From a virus: a stretch of DNA of 36,399 bases. Shown in pieces: positions 7,890 to 15,713 of this stretch. The DNA is taken from the IMG/VR virus record IMGVR_UViG_3300031513_000002; one strand, given 5' to 3'. Both the position numbers and the translations under genes were made by a program. A model generated the notes under the pieces. The model was not told the DNA's origin. It saw nothing but the letters and a program-made list of their open reading frames with translations, and did no database searches. Position 1 is the first letter of the stretch. The number at the start of each line of letters is the position of its first letter.

Positions 7890-8813
7890 ATGCAAAAGCT
7901 GATCCTCCAGGCCAACCTTTCGCCGGGTGACATTCTTACACTGACCGCCGCAGTCTATTCCCTGCACCGCACCTATCCGGGAGAGTATCTGACCGACGTG
8001 CGGACTTCTGCCAGCGAAATCTGGCAAAATAACCCGGACATTACCTCCCTGGACATCGGCGATGCTGCTGTGCAACGCATCGACATGCACTATCCATCGA
8101 TCCAGCGTTCCAATCAGGAGCCAGTGTCGTTCATTGCCGGCTACACCGAGTTTCTCGGTCAACAGCTTGGCCGCCCGCTGGTTTGTCGCATTAACCGCCC
8201 GGTTCTGTACTTATCAGAACAAGAATTAGCCATGCCTTGCCCGATACAGGAGCACTATCCACACGCGAAGCTCCGGCCCTTCTGGTTGCTCTGTGCAGGA
8301 ACCAAGCGTGACTACACGGCCAAGCAGTGGCCCATCGAGCATTACCAACAAGTCGTCGAAGCCACGCGGGGATGGATGCAGTGGGTGCAGATTGGTGCCC
8401 GTGAACACGACCATCCGCCGCTGCAGGGTGTGATTGACATGCGGGGTAAGACCACTCACCGGCAGTTGATCCGCTTGGCTTATCACGCCTGCGGCGGTTT
8501 GGGGCCCAGCACTTACCTACAGCACCTGATGGCCGCCTGGCAACGGCCTTACATCCTGCTGCTGGGAGGCCGCGAGCCGGCGACTTGGCAATCGTACCCA
8601 TTGCAGCACACCCTGCACACGATCGGTTGTTTGCCCTGTTGTGCTGCCGGAGCTTGCTGGCGGAGCCGAGTAGTCCCGCTGGGCGACGGATCAGATAAAG
8701 ATCGGTCTTTATGTGTACGGCCCGTGCTCGGCTGGAGCCGTCCGTTTGCCGAGTGCATGGGCCGGATCACACCGGAGGAAGTTTTATGCCTGCTGCGGAG
8801 GCTGTGCCGATGA
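7890..8813 (+). CDS. Glycosyltransferase family 9 (ADP-heptose-dependent heptosyltransferase)-like protein
   Basis: Layout typical of GT9. N-terminal SPGDILTLTAAV...YPG...NNPDI. Then CAGTKRDYTAKQWPIEHY, GKTTHRQLIRLAYHACGGLGPSTYLQHL, LLLGGREP, and a C-terminal CLPCC...CW...AECMGRITPEEV. Confidence 0.6.
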   Translation: MQKLILQANLSPGDILTLTAAVYSLHRTYPGEYLTDVRTSASEIWQNNPDITSLDIGDAAVQRIDMHYPSIQRSNQEPVSFIAGYTEFLGQQLGRPLVCRINRPVLYLSEQELAMPCPIQEHYPHAKLRPFWLLCAGTKRDYTAKQWPIEHYQQVVEATRGWMQWVQIGAREHDHPPLQGVIDMRGKTTHRQLIRLAYHACGGLGPSTYLQHLMAAWQRPYILLLGGREPATWQSYPLQHTLHTIGCLPCCAAGACWRSRVVPLGDGSDKDRSLCVRPVLGWSRPFAECMGRITPEEVLCLLRRLCR

Positions 8814-9625
8814 ACTTGCCTGCCTTCAGGCGACAGGGCCGATTGTATGAGATTCCCGCCGCAACGGCTTCGCCGGACTATGCCATAGTCATCGGGACTT
8901 TCGCAGCAGTCCCATATATTCACTTGCACCTTGAAGCCCGGCGTCGGCTCTATCCGCACGTCCCTTGTCTGGTGCATGACGACTGTAGCCCAGTGCAAGA
9001 ACGACTGTTGGAATTGTGCCGACAATATGGGGCCATCTTTGCGGCCAATACAACCCGGTTTCCACCCACTTTGGGCGATCTGAGCGCGCTGTACGACGGT
9101 CTTCTCTGGGCCGACGAAATCGGCGCTGGCATATTGGTGAAGTTCTCGCGGCGGTTCGTGCCCATCACCGATTGGAGGCCGTCGCTGATGAGGCTGGTCC
9201 AGGCCAGCGACTATCACACCTACTCCTCGTGGACGACAAGCTTCAATTTCGGGTTTCGCACAGAGGCGATGGCTTTAGCGGTGGAAGCGTGGCACAAGGC
9301 AGGCTGTGTGGCTCGGATTGGTGAAGCAATCGCCAACTGGCGTGAAGTGTTTGTCGAGGGATTCGTACACAATCTGGCCCGCAGCATCCCACTGTCTGCC
9401 AAAGCCCAGGCGTGGGATCGTCGCGTTGGGCCGCGCCCAGCAGACCGCAACGGCTACGCCCCTTGGGACTGGCTGGGAACAGACCGTTGCACCGCTACCG
9501 TACACTGGTTGTGGCACGACTCACACGGCGCTGACGCCTACGCGGAACTGGCTCGCTTCTGGGGATTGCCTTACCAGATAGCGGATTTTCTGGACCCGAA
9601 TATGGGACATGGCACCCGACCTTGA
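8786..9625 (+). CDS. Putative second glycosyltransferase-like protein (GT-A-like N-terminus), uncertain
   Basis: Strong RBS ggagga 6 nt before the ATG at 8786 (the ORF opens at 8711). YAIVIGTFAAVPYIHLHLEARRRLYPHVPCLVHDDCSP resembles the start of GT2-type folds. The gene overlaps both neighbours. Confidence 0.3.
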   Translation: MPAAEAVPMNLPAFRRQGRLYEIPAATASPDYAIVIGTFAAVPYIHLHLEARRRLYPHVPCLVHDDCSPVQERLLELCRQYGAIFAANTTRFPPTLGDLSALYDGLLWADEIGAGILVKFSRRFVPITDWRPSLMRLVQASDYHTYSSWTTSFNFGFRTEAMALAVEAWHKAGCVARIGEAIANWREVFVEGFVHNLARSIPLSAKAQAWDRRVGPRPADRNGYAPWDWLGTDRCTATVHWLWHDSHGADAYAELARFWGLPYQIADFLDPNMGHGTRP

Positions 9626-11081
9626 AAAAGTAGCCAACCACCCCCGGATTCTACTGGTAGGCGATCTGATGCTCGACCGGTACATCTGGGGCGACGTGGA
9701 GCGGATCAGCCCCGAGGCCCCGGTGCCGGTGCTGCGGGTGCGGCAGTCCGAAGATCGACCAGGCGGAGCCGGCAGCGTGGCTGCGATGCTGGCCATGCTG
9801 GGGGCCGAAACATCGCTGGCAGGCGTGACCGGCGACGATCCCGAAGGCCACGCAGTCCGCCAGTTGCTGGCCGAGATCAACGTGGACTGTTCAGCCCTGC
9901 TGTTCGAGCCGAGCCGAATTACAACAGTCAAGCAACGGCTGCTGGGCAGCACCCAGGGAAAGCATCCGCAACAGATGCTGCGCGTCGATCAGGAGCAAGC
10001 CGAGCCGATCAGCCAGCAGACCACAGAGCAACTGCTGGAAACAGTCGCTGGTCGCATCGCACAGGTCGATCTGATCCTCATTAGCGACTACAACAAGGGC
10101 GTCTGCGCAGGCGAGATGATCCCTCGGCTGGTCGAGCTGGCCCGGGCGGCCGGGGTACCGGTCATTGCCGACCCTTGCAAAGGAGCCGACTACCGCCGAT
10201 ACGCCGGCTGCACGTGCATCACACCCAACCGCCGAGAGGCTGAACTGGCGGCAGGTATGAGCATCACCAGCCCCCAAGAGGCAATCGAGGACGGCCGCAG
10301 ACTGCTTGGCTTCGGCTTGCAATCCGTAGTCGTCACGCTAGACCGCGACGGGATGGTATGGGTGGATGCGGCTGGCCATGCCGAGCACTTCCCTTGCCGG
10401 CCTAGAGAGGTGTGCGATGTCACCGGAGCCGGCGACATGGTGCTGGCCATGCTGGGCTATTGCCTGGCCGCTGGCATGGACTGGCCAGCGGCGATCCGGC
10501 TGGCCAACATCGCTGGCGGGCTGGAGGTAGAGCGACTGGGTGCGATACCGATCGGCTGGCCAGAGATTCTGGCGGAACTGTCGCCGAAATGCGGCCACGG
10601 AAGGGCCTCAGCGGCCCCAGGATCAAAGATTCGGCCCTTGGACGATCTTCTGGTCGAGCTGGCCAGGCGACGCGAAAAAGGCCAAAAAGTAGCCTTTACC
10701 AATGGCTGCTTCGACCTGCTGCACCCCGGCCATGTGGCCTTGCTTCAGGCGGCCCGACGACTAGGCGATTGCCTGGTGGTCGGTCTGAACAGCGACCGCA
10801 GCGTGCAGCAACTGAAAGGCCCGGGCCGGCCGATCATTCCGCAGGAGGACCGGGCGGCGATGCTGACCGCCCTGGAATGTGTTGATTACGTGGTGCTTTT
10901 CGACCAATTGACACCGGCGGAATTGATAAGCACGATCCGGCCTGATGTTCTCATCAAAGGCAGCGATTACCAGCCGCAGCAGGTAGTTGGCCGGGAAGTG
11001 GTGGAAAGCTACGGCGGTCTGGTCGTCTGCCTGCCGATCAAAGGCAACTATTCAACCACTCGTTTGCTTGCCCAGGCCTAG
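9609..11081 (+). CDS. hldE: Bifunctional D-beta-D-heptose 7-phosphate kinase / D-beta-D-heptose 1-phosphate adenylyltransferase (HldE/RfaE)
   Basis: N-terminal PfkB-type sugar kinase (ILLVGDLMLDRY, SPEAPVPV, GGAGSVA, DVTGAGD). C-terminal cytidylyltransferase-like domain (FTNGCFDLLHPGHVALL, VVGLNSD, KGSDY). The 490-aa length matches HldE. Confidence 0.85.
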   Translation: MAPDLEKVANHPRILLVGDLMLDRYIWGDVERISPEAPVPVLRVRQSEDRPGGAGSVAAMLAMLGAETSLAGVTGDDPEGHAVRQLLAEINVDCSALLFEPSRITTVKQRLLGSTQGKHPQQMLRVDQEQAEPISQQTTEQLLETVAGRIAQVDLILISDYNKGVCAGEMIPRLVELARAAGVPVIADPCKGADYRRYAGCTCITPNRREAELAAGMSITSPQEAIEDGRRLLGFGLQSVVVTLDRDGMVWVDAAGHAEHFPCRPREVCDVTGAGDMVLAMLGYCLAAGMDWPAAIRLANIAGGLEVERLGAIPIGWPEILAELSPKCGHGRASAAPGSKIRPLDDLLVELARRREKGQKVAFTNGCFDLLHPGHVALLQAARRLGDCLVVGLNSDRSVQQLKGPGRPIIPQEDRAAMLTALECVDYVVLFDQLTPAELISTIRPDVLIKGSDYQPQQVVGREVVESYGGLVVCLPIKGNYSTTRLLAQA

Positions 11082-11162
11082 CCGACTTCTCCACTGGCTG
11101 CCACTGAACATTTCCACCGCGGCGGCTCCCCTCTCTTATTGGTCTATGCGTTGGTTGGAGCG

Positions 11163-11209
11163 GTTCCCTCACACGGTGGAGGTCGCGCGTTCGAATCGCG
11201 CGCCGCCCA
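11163..11209 (+). other. Putative attP core: 3' fragment of a tRNA gene (anticodon-loop-like CTCACAC, AGGTC variable loop, T-arm gcgcg-ttcgaat-cgcgc, acceptor 3' strand gccgccc plus discriminator a)
   Basis: The T-arm and acceptor 3' strand are canonical, but no matching 5' acceptor or D-arm lies upstream. Xis-like and integrase genes follow directly. Confidence 0.55.
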
Positions 11210-11212
11210 TTT

Positions 11213-11280
11213 GGCAGGTGCCCGGTGCCGTGAGGGCCGGGGGGCTAGCTCCGCTGCCTGAACACACCTGCCGCCTTTTC
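11213..11280 (+). terminator. Hairpin (ggcaggtg ... cacctgcc, with inner cccgg/ccggg stem) followed by a T-rich tract
   Basis: Inverted repeats read directly. The structure starts 4 nt after the tRNA-like 3' end and closes the long + strand tail and sugar operon. Confidence 0.35.
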
Positions 11281-11315
11281 TTGCAAATTATTTCAGCGGC
11301 ATATAGAATAGGGGC

Positions 11316-11540
11316 ATGCGAGTGCTCGAACCCACCTCTGAGCGATTGTTGACCGTGGCCGAGGCTGCGGCGCTTTTGGGGGTTACGCCAGGCCGCATCT
11401 GCCAAATGCTTTGGGCTGGCCAAATGGCAGGGCAAAAAGTTGGCGTCATCTGGCTGATCCCGGAACGGGAGGTCTTGCGCCACCGGGAGCGGCCGTCTAA
11501 GGTGGGCCGGCCGCGTTCTGGCGAGTTGCGGCGCAGCTAA
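11316..11540 (+). CDS. xis: Excisionase / AlpA-type helix-turn-helix DNA-binding protein
   Basis: LLTVAEAAALLGVTPGRICQMLWAGQMAGQKVGVIWLIPEREV matches the excisionase-family HTH pattern. It lies between the att fragment and the integrase. Confidence 0.6.
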   Translation: MRVLEPTSERLLTVAEAAALLGVTPGRICQMLWAGQMAGQKVGVIWLIPEREVLRHRERPSKVGRPRSGELRRS

Positions 11541-11573
11541 AGCAATCGATTTGGGCAAGAAGCGAGTTCCCTA

Positions 11574-11602
11574 TTGACGGATTTTATACGCCGCTATATA
11601 AT
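11574..11602 (+). promoter_or_regulatory. Near-consensus sigma70-type promoter TTGACG-N17-TATAAT
   Basis: Read directly. AT-rich island in a GC-rich intergenic region, 244 nt upstream of the integrase ATG. Confidence 0.55.
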
Positions 11603-11845
11603 GCGGCCGTTCAAAAGCGGAGCATTCTCTGAGCCTGCTGTAGCTCGCTTAGTGGGTGCTCCACCGGGCGTCCCAAGAGGGAAGCCAACTGACCAGAATT
11701 GCCGACGGAAAGGGGGCACCCGTGCTTTCGGATGGGTGGGTTGCTCTGCCTTATGCTACCAATAGAGGGATCGCCTGGTCCATCCGGCGGCCCTTCGGGA
11801 GCATGGCGGCCACCAGGGCTGCCAATGCTTCTGTGAGGTGCTGCC

Positions 11846-12760
11846 ATGAGACTTGTCGAGTTGGCTCAACGCTATGCTGCCGTCCAGTATCTCCAAAAAG
11901 CGTCACGCGATCTGTATCTGCGCGTGGCTCGCACCGCGGAGGCTATCTGCGGCGCCGACGTTTCTTGCATCACCGAAGAATCCCTGCATATTCTGGCGGG
12001 ACGATTAGTTGCTGCCAGGAAATCCGAAACTGCCAGCGATTATCTGCGGCGCCTGAGAACCTTGTTGACATTCGCTTGGCAGTTGCGGTTGATCGACGAT
12101 TTGCCGCGGGTGTGGCCGAAAATCAGAACGGCCGCTCCGCTGCCAGAGGCCTGGACTTCCGAGCAAGTTGCCAAGCTATTTCTGGTTGCCACCGAGCAAC
12201 CGGGCTGGCTTGGCCCGCACAAAGCAAGCTCCTGGTGGCGAGCCTTCTTGTCTGTGGCCTGGGAAACCGGCTTGCGTGTATCCCAGATGTTTCGCCTCCG
12301 CTGGGCCGACGTGGATTACGCACACCGATGCATCGTGATTCAGGCCTGCCCAGGAACGAAGAGTTATCGGCCGCAGATCAAGCCCTTGTCCGTCGAGTGT
12401 CTGGCAGCGCTGGAGCTGCTGGCCGAGCCGCCCAGGGAACTGATCTTCTGCTGGCCGGAGTGGCCGAAGTCCAGGCGGGATTTCTTCTCGGTCTGGCGCT
12501 ATCTGTGCTGGCTGGCCGGTATTCCGGCACCCCGCAGCCAAAGACAGCTCACGCATCGCTGGCGGCGGTCGAGCGTGACCGAAGCGGCCCGCAACAGTCT
12601 GGAAGCCGCACGCCGCCATGCTGGGCACACCAGCCCAGAGACAACACTGCGGCACTATGTCGATCCCCGTCTGCTCATCCAGCAGCCCCCGCCCGTTCCA
12701 CCGCTGCACGTGCTGCTCAAAGCGAATGGACAGGGAAATGCCAAACCGGCCGCATACTGA
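11846..12760 (+). CDS. int: Tyrosine recombinase / phage integrase
   Basis: Catalytic-domain motifs: ETGLRVSQMFRLRWADVD (Arg I), THRWRRS (H-x-x-R), HAGHTSPETTLRHY (His and the nucleophilic Tyr). Confidence 0.85.
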   Translation: MRLVELAQRYAAVQYLQKASRDLYLRVARTAEAICGADVSCITEESLHILAGRLVAARKSETASDYLRRLRTLLTFAWQLRLIDDLPRVWPKIRTAAPLPEAWTSEQVAKLFLVATEQPGWLGPHKASSWWRAFLSVAWETGLRVSQMFRLRWADVDYAHRCIVIQACPGTKSYRPQIKPLSVECLAALELLAEPPRELIFCWPEWPKSRRDFFSVWRYLCWLAGIPAPRSQRQLTHRWRRSSVTEAARNSLEAARRHAGHTSPETTLRHYVDPRLLIQQPPPVPPLHVLLKANGQGNAKPAAY

Positions 12761-12789
12761 GGCCGGTACTGCCCCTAGCGGACAGCCGT

Positions 12790-13245
12790 TCAACGGCGGC
12801 GAAGCCATTGCAGCCAGCGGCCAAGGCGGTCACGCCACGACAATGGCTGGCCCGTCTTGGCCAACTGGGCCAGGCGGAAACCCTGTCCCGTCAAAGTGAA
12901 CATGTTCGCCTGGACGTGGCGGATCAGGCCGCGCCAGCAAAGGCGCTCGAAGGCGTCCAGGTGAAGAGCCGCCTCGGCCGGGGCTTCGGTCGAATCCCAC
13001 TGACGGCCGCCGCAGTGGAGCACCAGCCCGCCGTTGACCTGAACCAGTTGGATCAGGCCGTCGTCGGCGACAGCGGCCAGGATTTCGCGTTCCTCCGGCG
13101 TGAAGCCGCCTTTGAGGATCGGAAAAATGGTGCGGGCAGTCATTACGGCTTTTTCGCAGAGCGTGATCATGGTAATAATTGTTTGCAGATAATCCATGGC
13201 ATGATCTCCTGGACAGGGGCCGCCGGCGGTGTCGGACATTGCCAC
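12790..13245 (-). CDS. Hypothetical protein, leftward, divergent from the XRE gene (candidate lysogeny or immunity function)
   Basis: One of only two leftward coding regions in the genome. An alternative start at 13197 has RBS ggaga. No recognisable motif. Confidence 0.45.
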   Translation of the reverse strand: MAMSDTAGGPCPGDHAMDYLQTIITMITLCEKAVMTARTIFPILKGGFTPEEREILAAVADDGLIQLVQVNGGLVLHCGGRQWDSTEAPAEAALHLDAFERLCWRGLIRHVQANMFTLTGQGFRLAQLAKTGQPLSWRDRLGRWLQWLRRR

Positions 13246-13480
13246 CGGCGGCCCCAGCTATTTTATTACCCACAACCCCGCCGACTGACCAGCCGGGGGG
13301 TTGCCCCAGTTGCCGGGCGGATGGTCCGCCCGGGGGCTTACTTACACAAGCGGGTGCTTGCGACCTACGTGCCGCGTCCCCCGGCTGGTTTTTTGAGCTA
13401 TTTTCTGACAGGGCAAGTCGTTACAATCCCCGCCCCGTTGTCGAAACTGTGGTTTTCAACACGCTATCCAGGGGCAACAC

Positions 13481-13723
13481 ATGACGCCGAAACGAAAAGA
13501 GCCAGACATGAGCACGTATTCAGGTCGCTTGGCCGCGCGGCTGCGGCAATTGCGAGAACGTCGAGGGCTGACTGTGGAAGATGTGGCGACCAAATTGGGC
13601 GTGGACAGGTTTCGCATCTACAAATGGGAATCGGGGGTCGCTTGTCCACCCTACGACTTGTTGCCTGCACTGAGCGCAGCCTACGGGTTAAAAACGGTTC
13701 GCGCGTTGCTGCCCGAACATTGA
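13481..13723 (+). CDS. XRE-family (Cro/CI-type) HTH transcriptional regulator
   Basis: LRQLRERRGLTVEDVATKLGVDRFRIYKWESG is a classical XRE HTH. Confidence 0.8.
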   Translation: MTPKRKEPDMSTYSGRLAARLRQLRERRGLTVEDVATKLGVDRFRIYKWESGVACPPYDLLPALSAAYGLKTVRALLPEH

Positions 13724-13740
13724 TTGGAAAACTTTTCCAA
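13724..13740. promoter_or_regulatory. Perfect 17-nt palindrome TTGGAAAA-C-TTTTCCAA (operator-like); a third half-site TTTTCCAA lies at 13757-13764
   Basis: Read directly. It abuts the XRE stop codon and overlaps the promoter below. Confidence 0.5.
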
Positions 13741-13747
13741 CAGACTA

Positions 13748-13775
13748 TTGACTTATTTTTCCAATATGGTAGACT
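13748..13775 (+). promoter_or_regulatory. Sigma70-like promoter TTGACT-N16-TAGACT for the early rightward operon
   Basis: Read directly in an AT-rich island. An operator half-site sits in the spacer. Confidence 0.4.
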
Positions 13776-13816
13776 ACTGCTAGCCTGTGGGCTGGCAGTG
13801 CGAAGCGAACAATTTG

Positions 13817-13872
13817 AACCCCGACGGGCACACCGGACACTGCCAGCCCCGGCCCCCGTCGGGGTTTTCGTT
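13817..13872 (+). terminator. Terminator or attenuator-like hairpin aaccccgacggg-N26-cccgtcggggtt followed by ttcgttt
   Basis: 12-bp perfect inverted repeat plus a T-rich tail, between the promoter at 13748 and the first early gene at 13889. Confidence 0.4.
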
Positions 13873-13888
13873 TGAAGGGGGCACGCCA

Positions 13889-14062
13889 ATGAAAAAAAGC
13901 GGCAATTTGGCCAACGCCCCACAAGTGCAATTCCACGAACTTGCCGACGTGTTCCCGCTGCTGTCAGAGGCCGAACTAGACTCGCTGACCGAGGACATCC
14001 GCCAGCACGGGCTGCGGGAGCCGATCGTTCTTTATCAGGGCAAGGTGCTCGATGGCCGCTGA
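13889..14062 (+). CDS. ParB-like N-terminal domain fragment (58 aa), truncated inside the conserved LDGR-NR motif
   Basis: RBS gaaggggg. [36 protein letters not shown] then a stop. The expected continuation (R-x-R-A-) appears in another frame from 14062 (RMRSARVLL...). Confidence 0.5.
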   Translation: MKKSGNLANAPQVQFHELADVFPLLSEAELDSLTEDIRQHGLREPIVLYQGKVLDGR

Positions 14063-14138
14063 GAATGCGCAGCGCCCGGGTGCTGCTGTACCAGGTGACT
14101 TGCGAGGATTGCGAAAGAACCACAAAGGAATCGCACGG

Positions 14139-15170
14139 ATGACGCGGTTTGCTGAGGTACGACAAACGCAGCTTGCCGCTGCTGACAGCGCCTGCCGCAA
14201 ACAGCTCGCGCTTGTTCGCAACGCTCAGCGTGCGCTGTCTGAGGCTCGGACTGTGGACGAGGTGAAAAAGGTCCGCGACATCGCCGCCGCCGCCACCCAC
14301 TTGCTGCAGGTGGCAAAGGCCAGCTACGAAGCCTGCTGCGAAGCTGCGATCCTCAAGCTGGACGCGGAACGCAAGGCGGGCGAAATGCTGGAAAAGATGC
14401 CGAAACACAAGGGCGGACGGCCGGCCAAAAACCGGCGACACGATGTCACCGGTTTTCCTGTGTCGTATGACGAGCTAGGCATCGACAAAAAATACGCAGA
14501 GCGCTGGCAAGCCGAGGCAAGTGTGCCGGAGCAGCACTATCACGCTTACATCGCCGACTGTAGGGAAATTGGGCGGATTCCCACGTCCAGCGGCCTGGTC
14601 ACGCTGGCAAGGCGGCTGGAAAAGACGGCTGAACTGGAAGCGATCGCCGCGATGCGTGTACCGCCGATCCAGGGCGTGTATGACGTGGTGGTAATCGACC
14701 CACCGTGGCCGATTAAAAAAGTCGAGCGTGAAGTGCGTCCAAATCAGGCTGAGATGGATTACCCCGTGATGTCACTTGAGGACATACAGGGACTGTCGGT
14801 GCCATGTGCTGACAATTGCCACGTGTGGCTCTGGACCACACATCGCTTCGTACCGGCCGCCTTTGAGATATTGCAGGCATGGCAATTGAAGTACGTTTGC
14901 ACGTTTGTATGGCACAAGCCAGGCGGCTTCCAGCCGGTCGGGCTGCCCCAGTTCAATTGCGAGTTCGCGTTGTACGCCCGGCGAGGCACGCCGGTCTTCC
15001 TGGACACCAAAGGCCTGAAGGTGTGCTTCACCGCGCCGCGAGGTGAACACAGCGAAAAGCCGGACGCCTTTTACGAGATGATTCGGCGCTGCACTGGCGG
15101 TCGGCGGCTGGACATGTTCGGCCGACGCCAAATAGAGGGATTTGAAAGTTGGGGCAACCAGGCACCATGA
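14139..15170 (+). CDS. MT-A70 family N6-adenine DNA methyltransferase (the ORF is open from 14052)
   Basis: DPPW catalytic motif ([11 protein letters not shown]), [27 protein letters not shown]. The ATG at 14139 overlaps the stop of the short third-frame ORF (ATGA). Confidence 0.8.
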   Translation: MTRFAEVRQTQLAAADSACRKQLALVRNAQRALSEARTVDEVKKVRDIAAAATHLLQVAKASYEACCEAAILKLDAERKAGEMLEKMPKHKGGRPAKNRRHDVTGFPVSYDELGIDKKYAERWQAEASVPEQHYHAYIADCREIGRIPTSSGLVTLARRLEKTAELEAIAAMRVPPIQGVYDVVVIDPPWPIKKVEREVRPNQAEMDYPVMSLEDIQGLSVPCADNCHVWLWTTHRFVPAAFEILQAWQLKYVCTFVWHKPGGFQPVGLPQFNCEFALYARRGTPVFLDTKGLKVCFTAPRGEHSEKPDAFYEMIRRCTGGRRLDMFGRRQIEGFESWGNQAP

Positions 15171-15682
15171 ACGATTGGGTTCGCGATAAGAGATGGGCAG
15201 ACCGCTTCTTACCAGAAATCAAGGCCATTCTCGGGCAGTTATTTATCGGCGCCGCGCCGGCAGAGGAAGATCAGGAGCACAACACAGACCTGATCGTGTT
15301 GAAGATGGAACCAATCAGGATCGCCTGCCGCATTCGCAGCTATGACTATTGGGAACGGTTCCGCGACGAGTTCACGATTCGCCAGGGGCGACCGAGCGGC
15401 ACAAAAACGGAACTCGCAAAGATCATCGAGGGATGGGGGGACTACTTCTTCTACGGTTTTTCAAATCCTTATGAGGACGGTTTACACGCCTACGGCATTG
15501 GCGATCTCAAAGTGTTTAGGCTTTGGCTGATGCAGAAGTTGACGCAGACTGGCCGATGGCCGGGACAATTACAGGCGAACACAGACGGGTCGAGCAATTT
15601 TCGTGCTTTCAAGTGGCGTGAGTTGCCATCTCGCTTCCTGGTCACTTCCTGGAACATTCTTAATCCAGTGGGAGCATTTTGA
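15167..15682 (+). CDS. Hypothetical early protein
   Basis: ATGA overlap with the methyltransferase stop. 171 aa with no confident motif. Confidence 0.4.
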   Translation: MNDWVRDKRWADRFLPEIKAILGQLFIGAAPAEEDQEHNTDLIVLKMEPIRIACRIRSYDYWERFRDEFTIRQGRPSGTKTELAKIIEGWGDYFFYGFSNPYEDGLHAYGIGDLKVFRLWLMQKLTQTGRWPGQLQANTDGSSNFRAFKWRELPSRFLVTSWNILNPVGAF

Positions 15683-15713
15683 CTGGCCTGCTACACAGAA
15701 AGGGACGTTGCTA

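Noticed and set aside
11120-11209. Possible complete class II tRNA (cggcggc at 11120-11126 could pair with gccgcc of the acceptor 3' strand)
   Set aside because: No D-arm, anticodon stem or variable-arm pairing can be drawn between the two ends, and position 1 mismatches. The upstream match is most likely chance in GC-rich sequence, so the region is called a tRNA 3' fragment (att core).
11603-11845. Known riboswitch or ncRNA class in the integrase leader
   Set aside because: No signature of a class recognisable by eye (TPP, SAM, cobalamin, FMN boxes and the like). Only generic alternative hairpins are present, so it is kept as a low-interest leader observation.
11656-13875. 739-aa + strand ORF spanning the integrase, the leftward gene and the XRE gene
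   Set aside because: It is in a different frame over three well-supported genes. It has no motifs and an Arg/Ala/Gly/Pro-rich composition typical of spurious long ORFs in GC-rich DNA.
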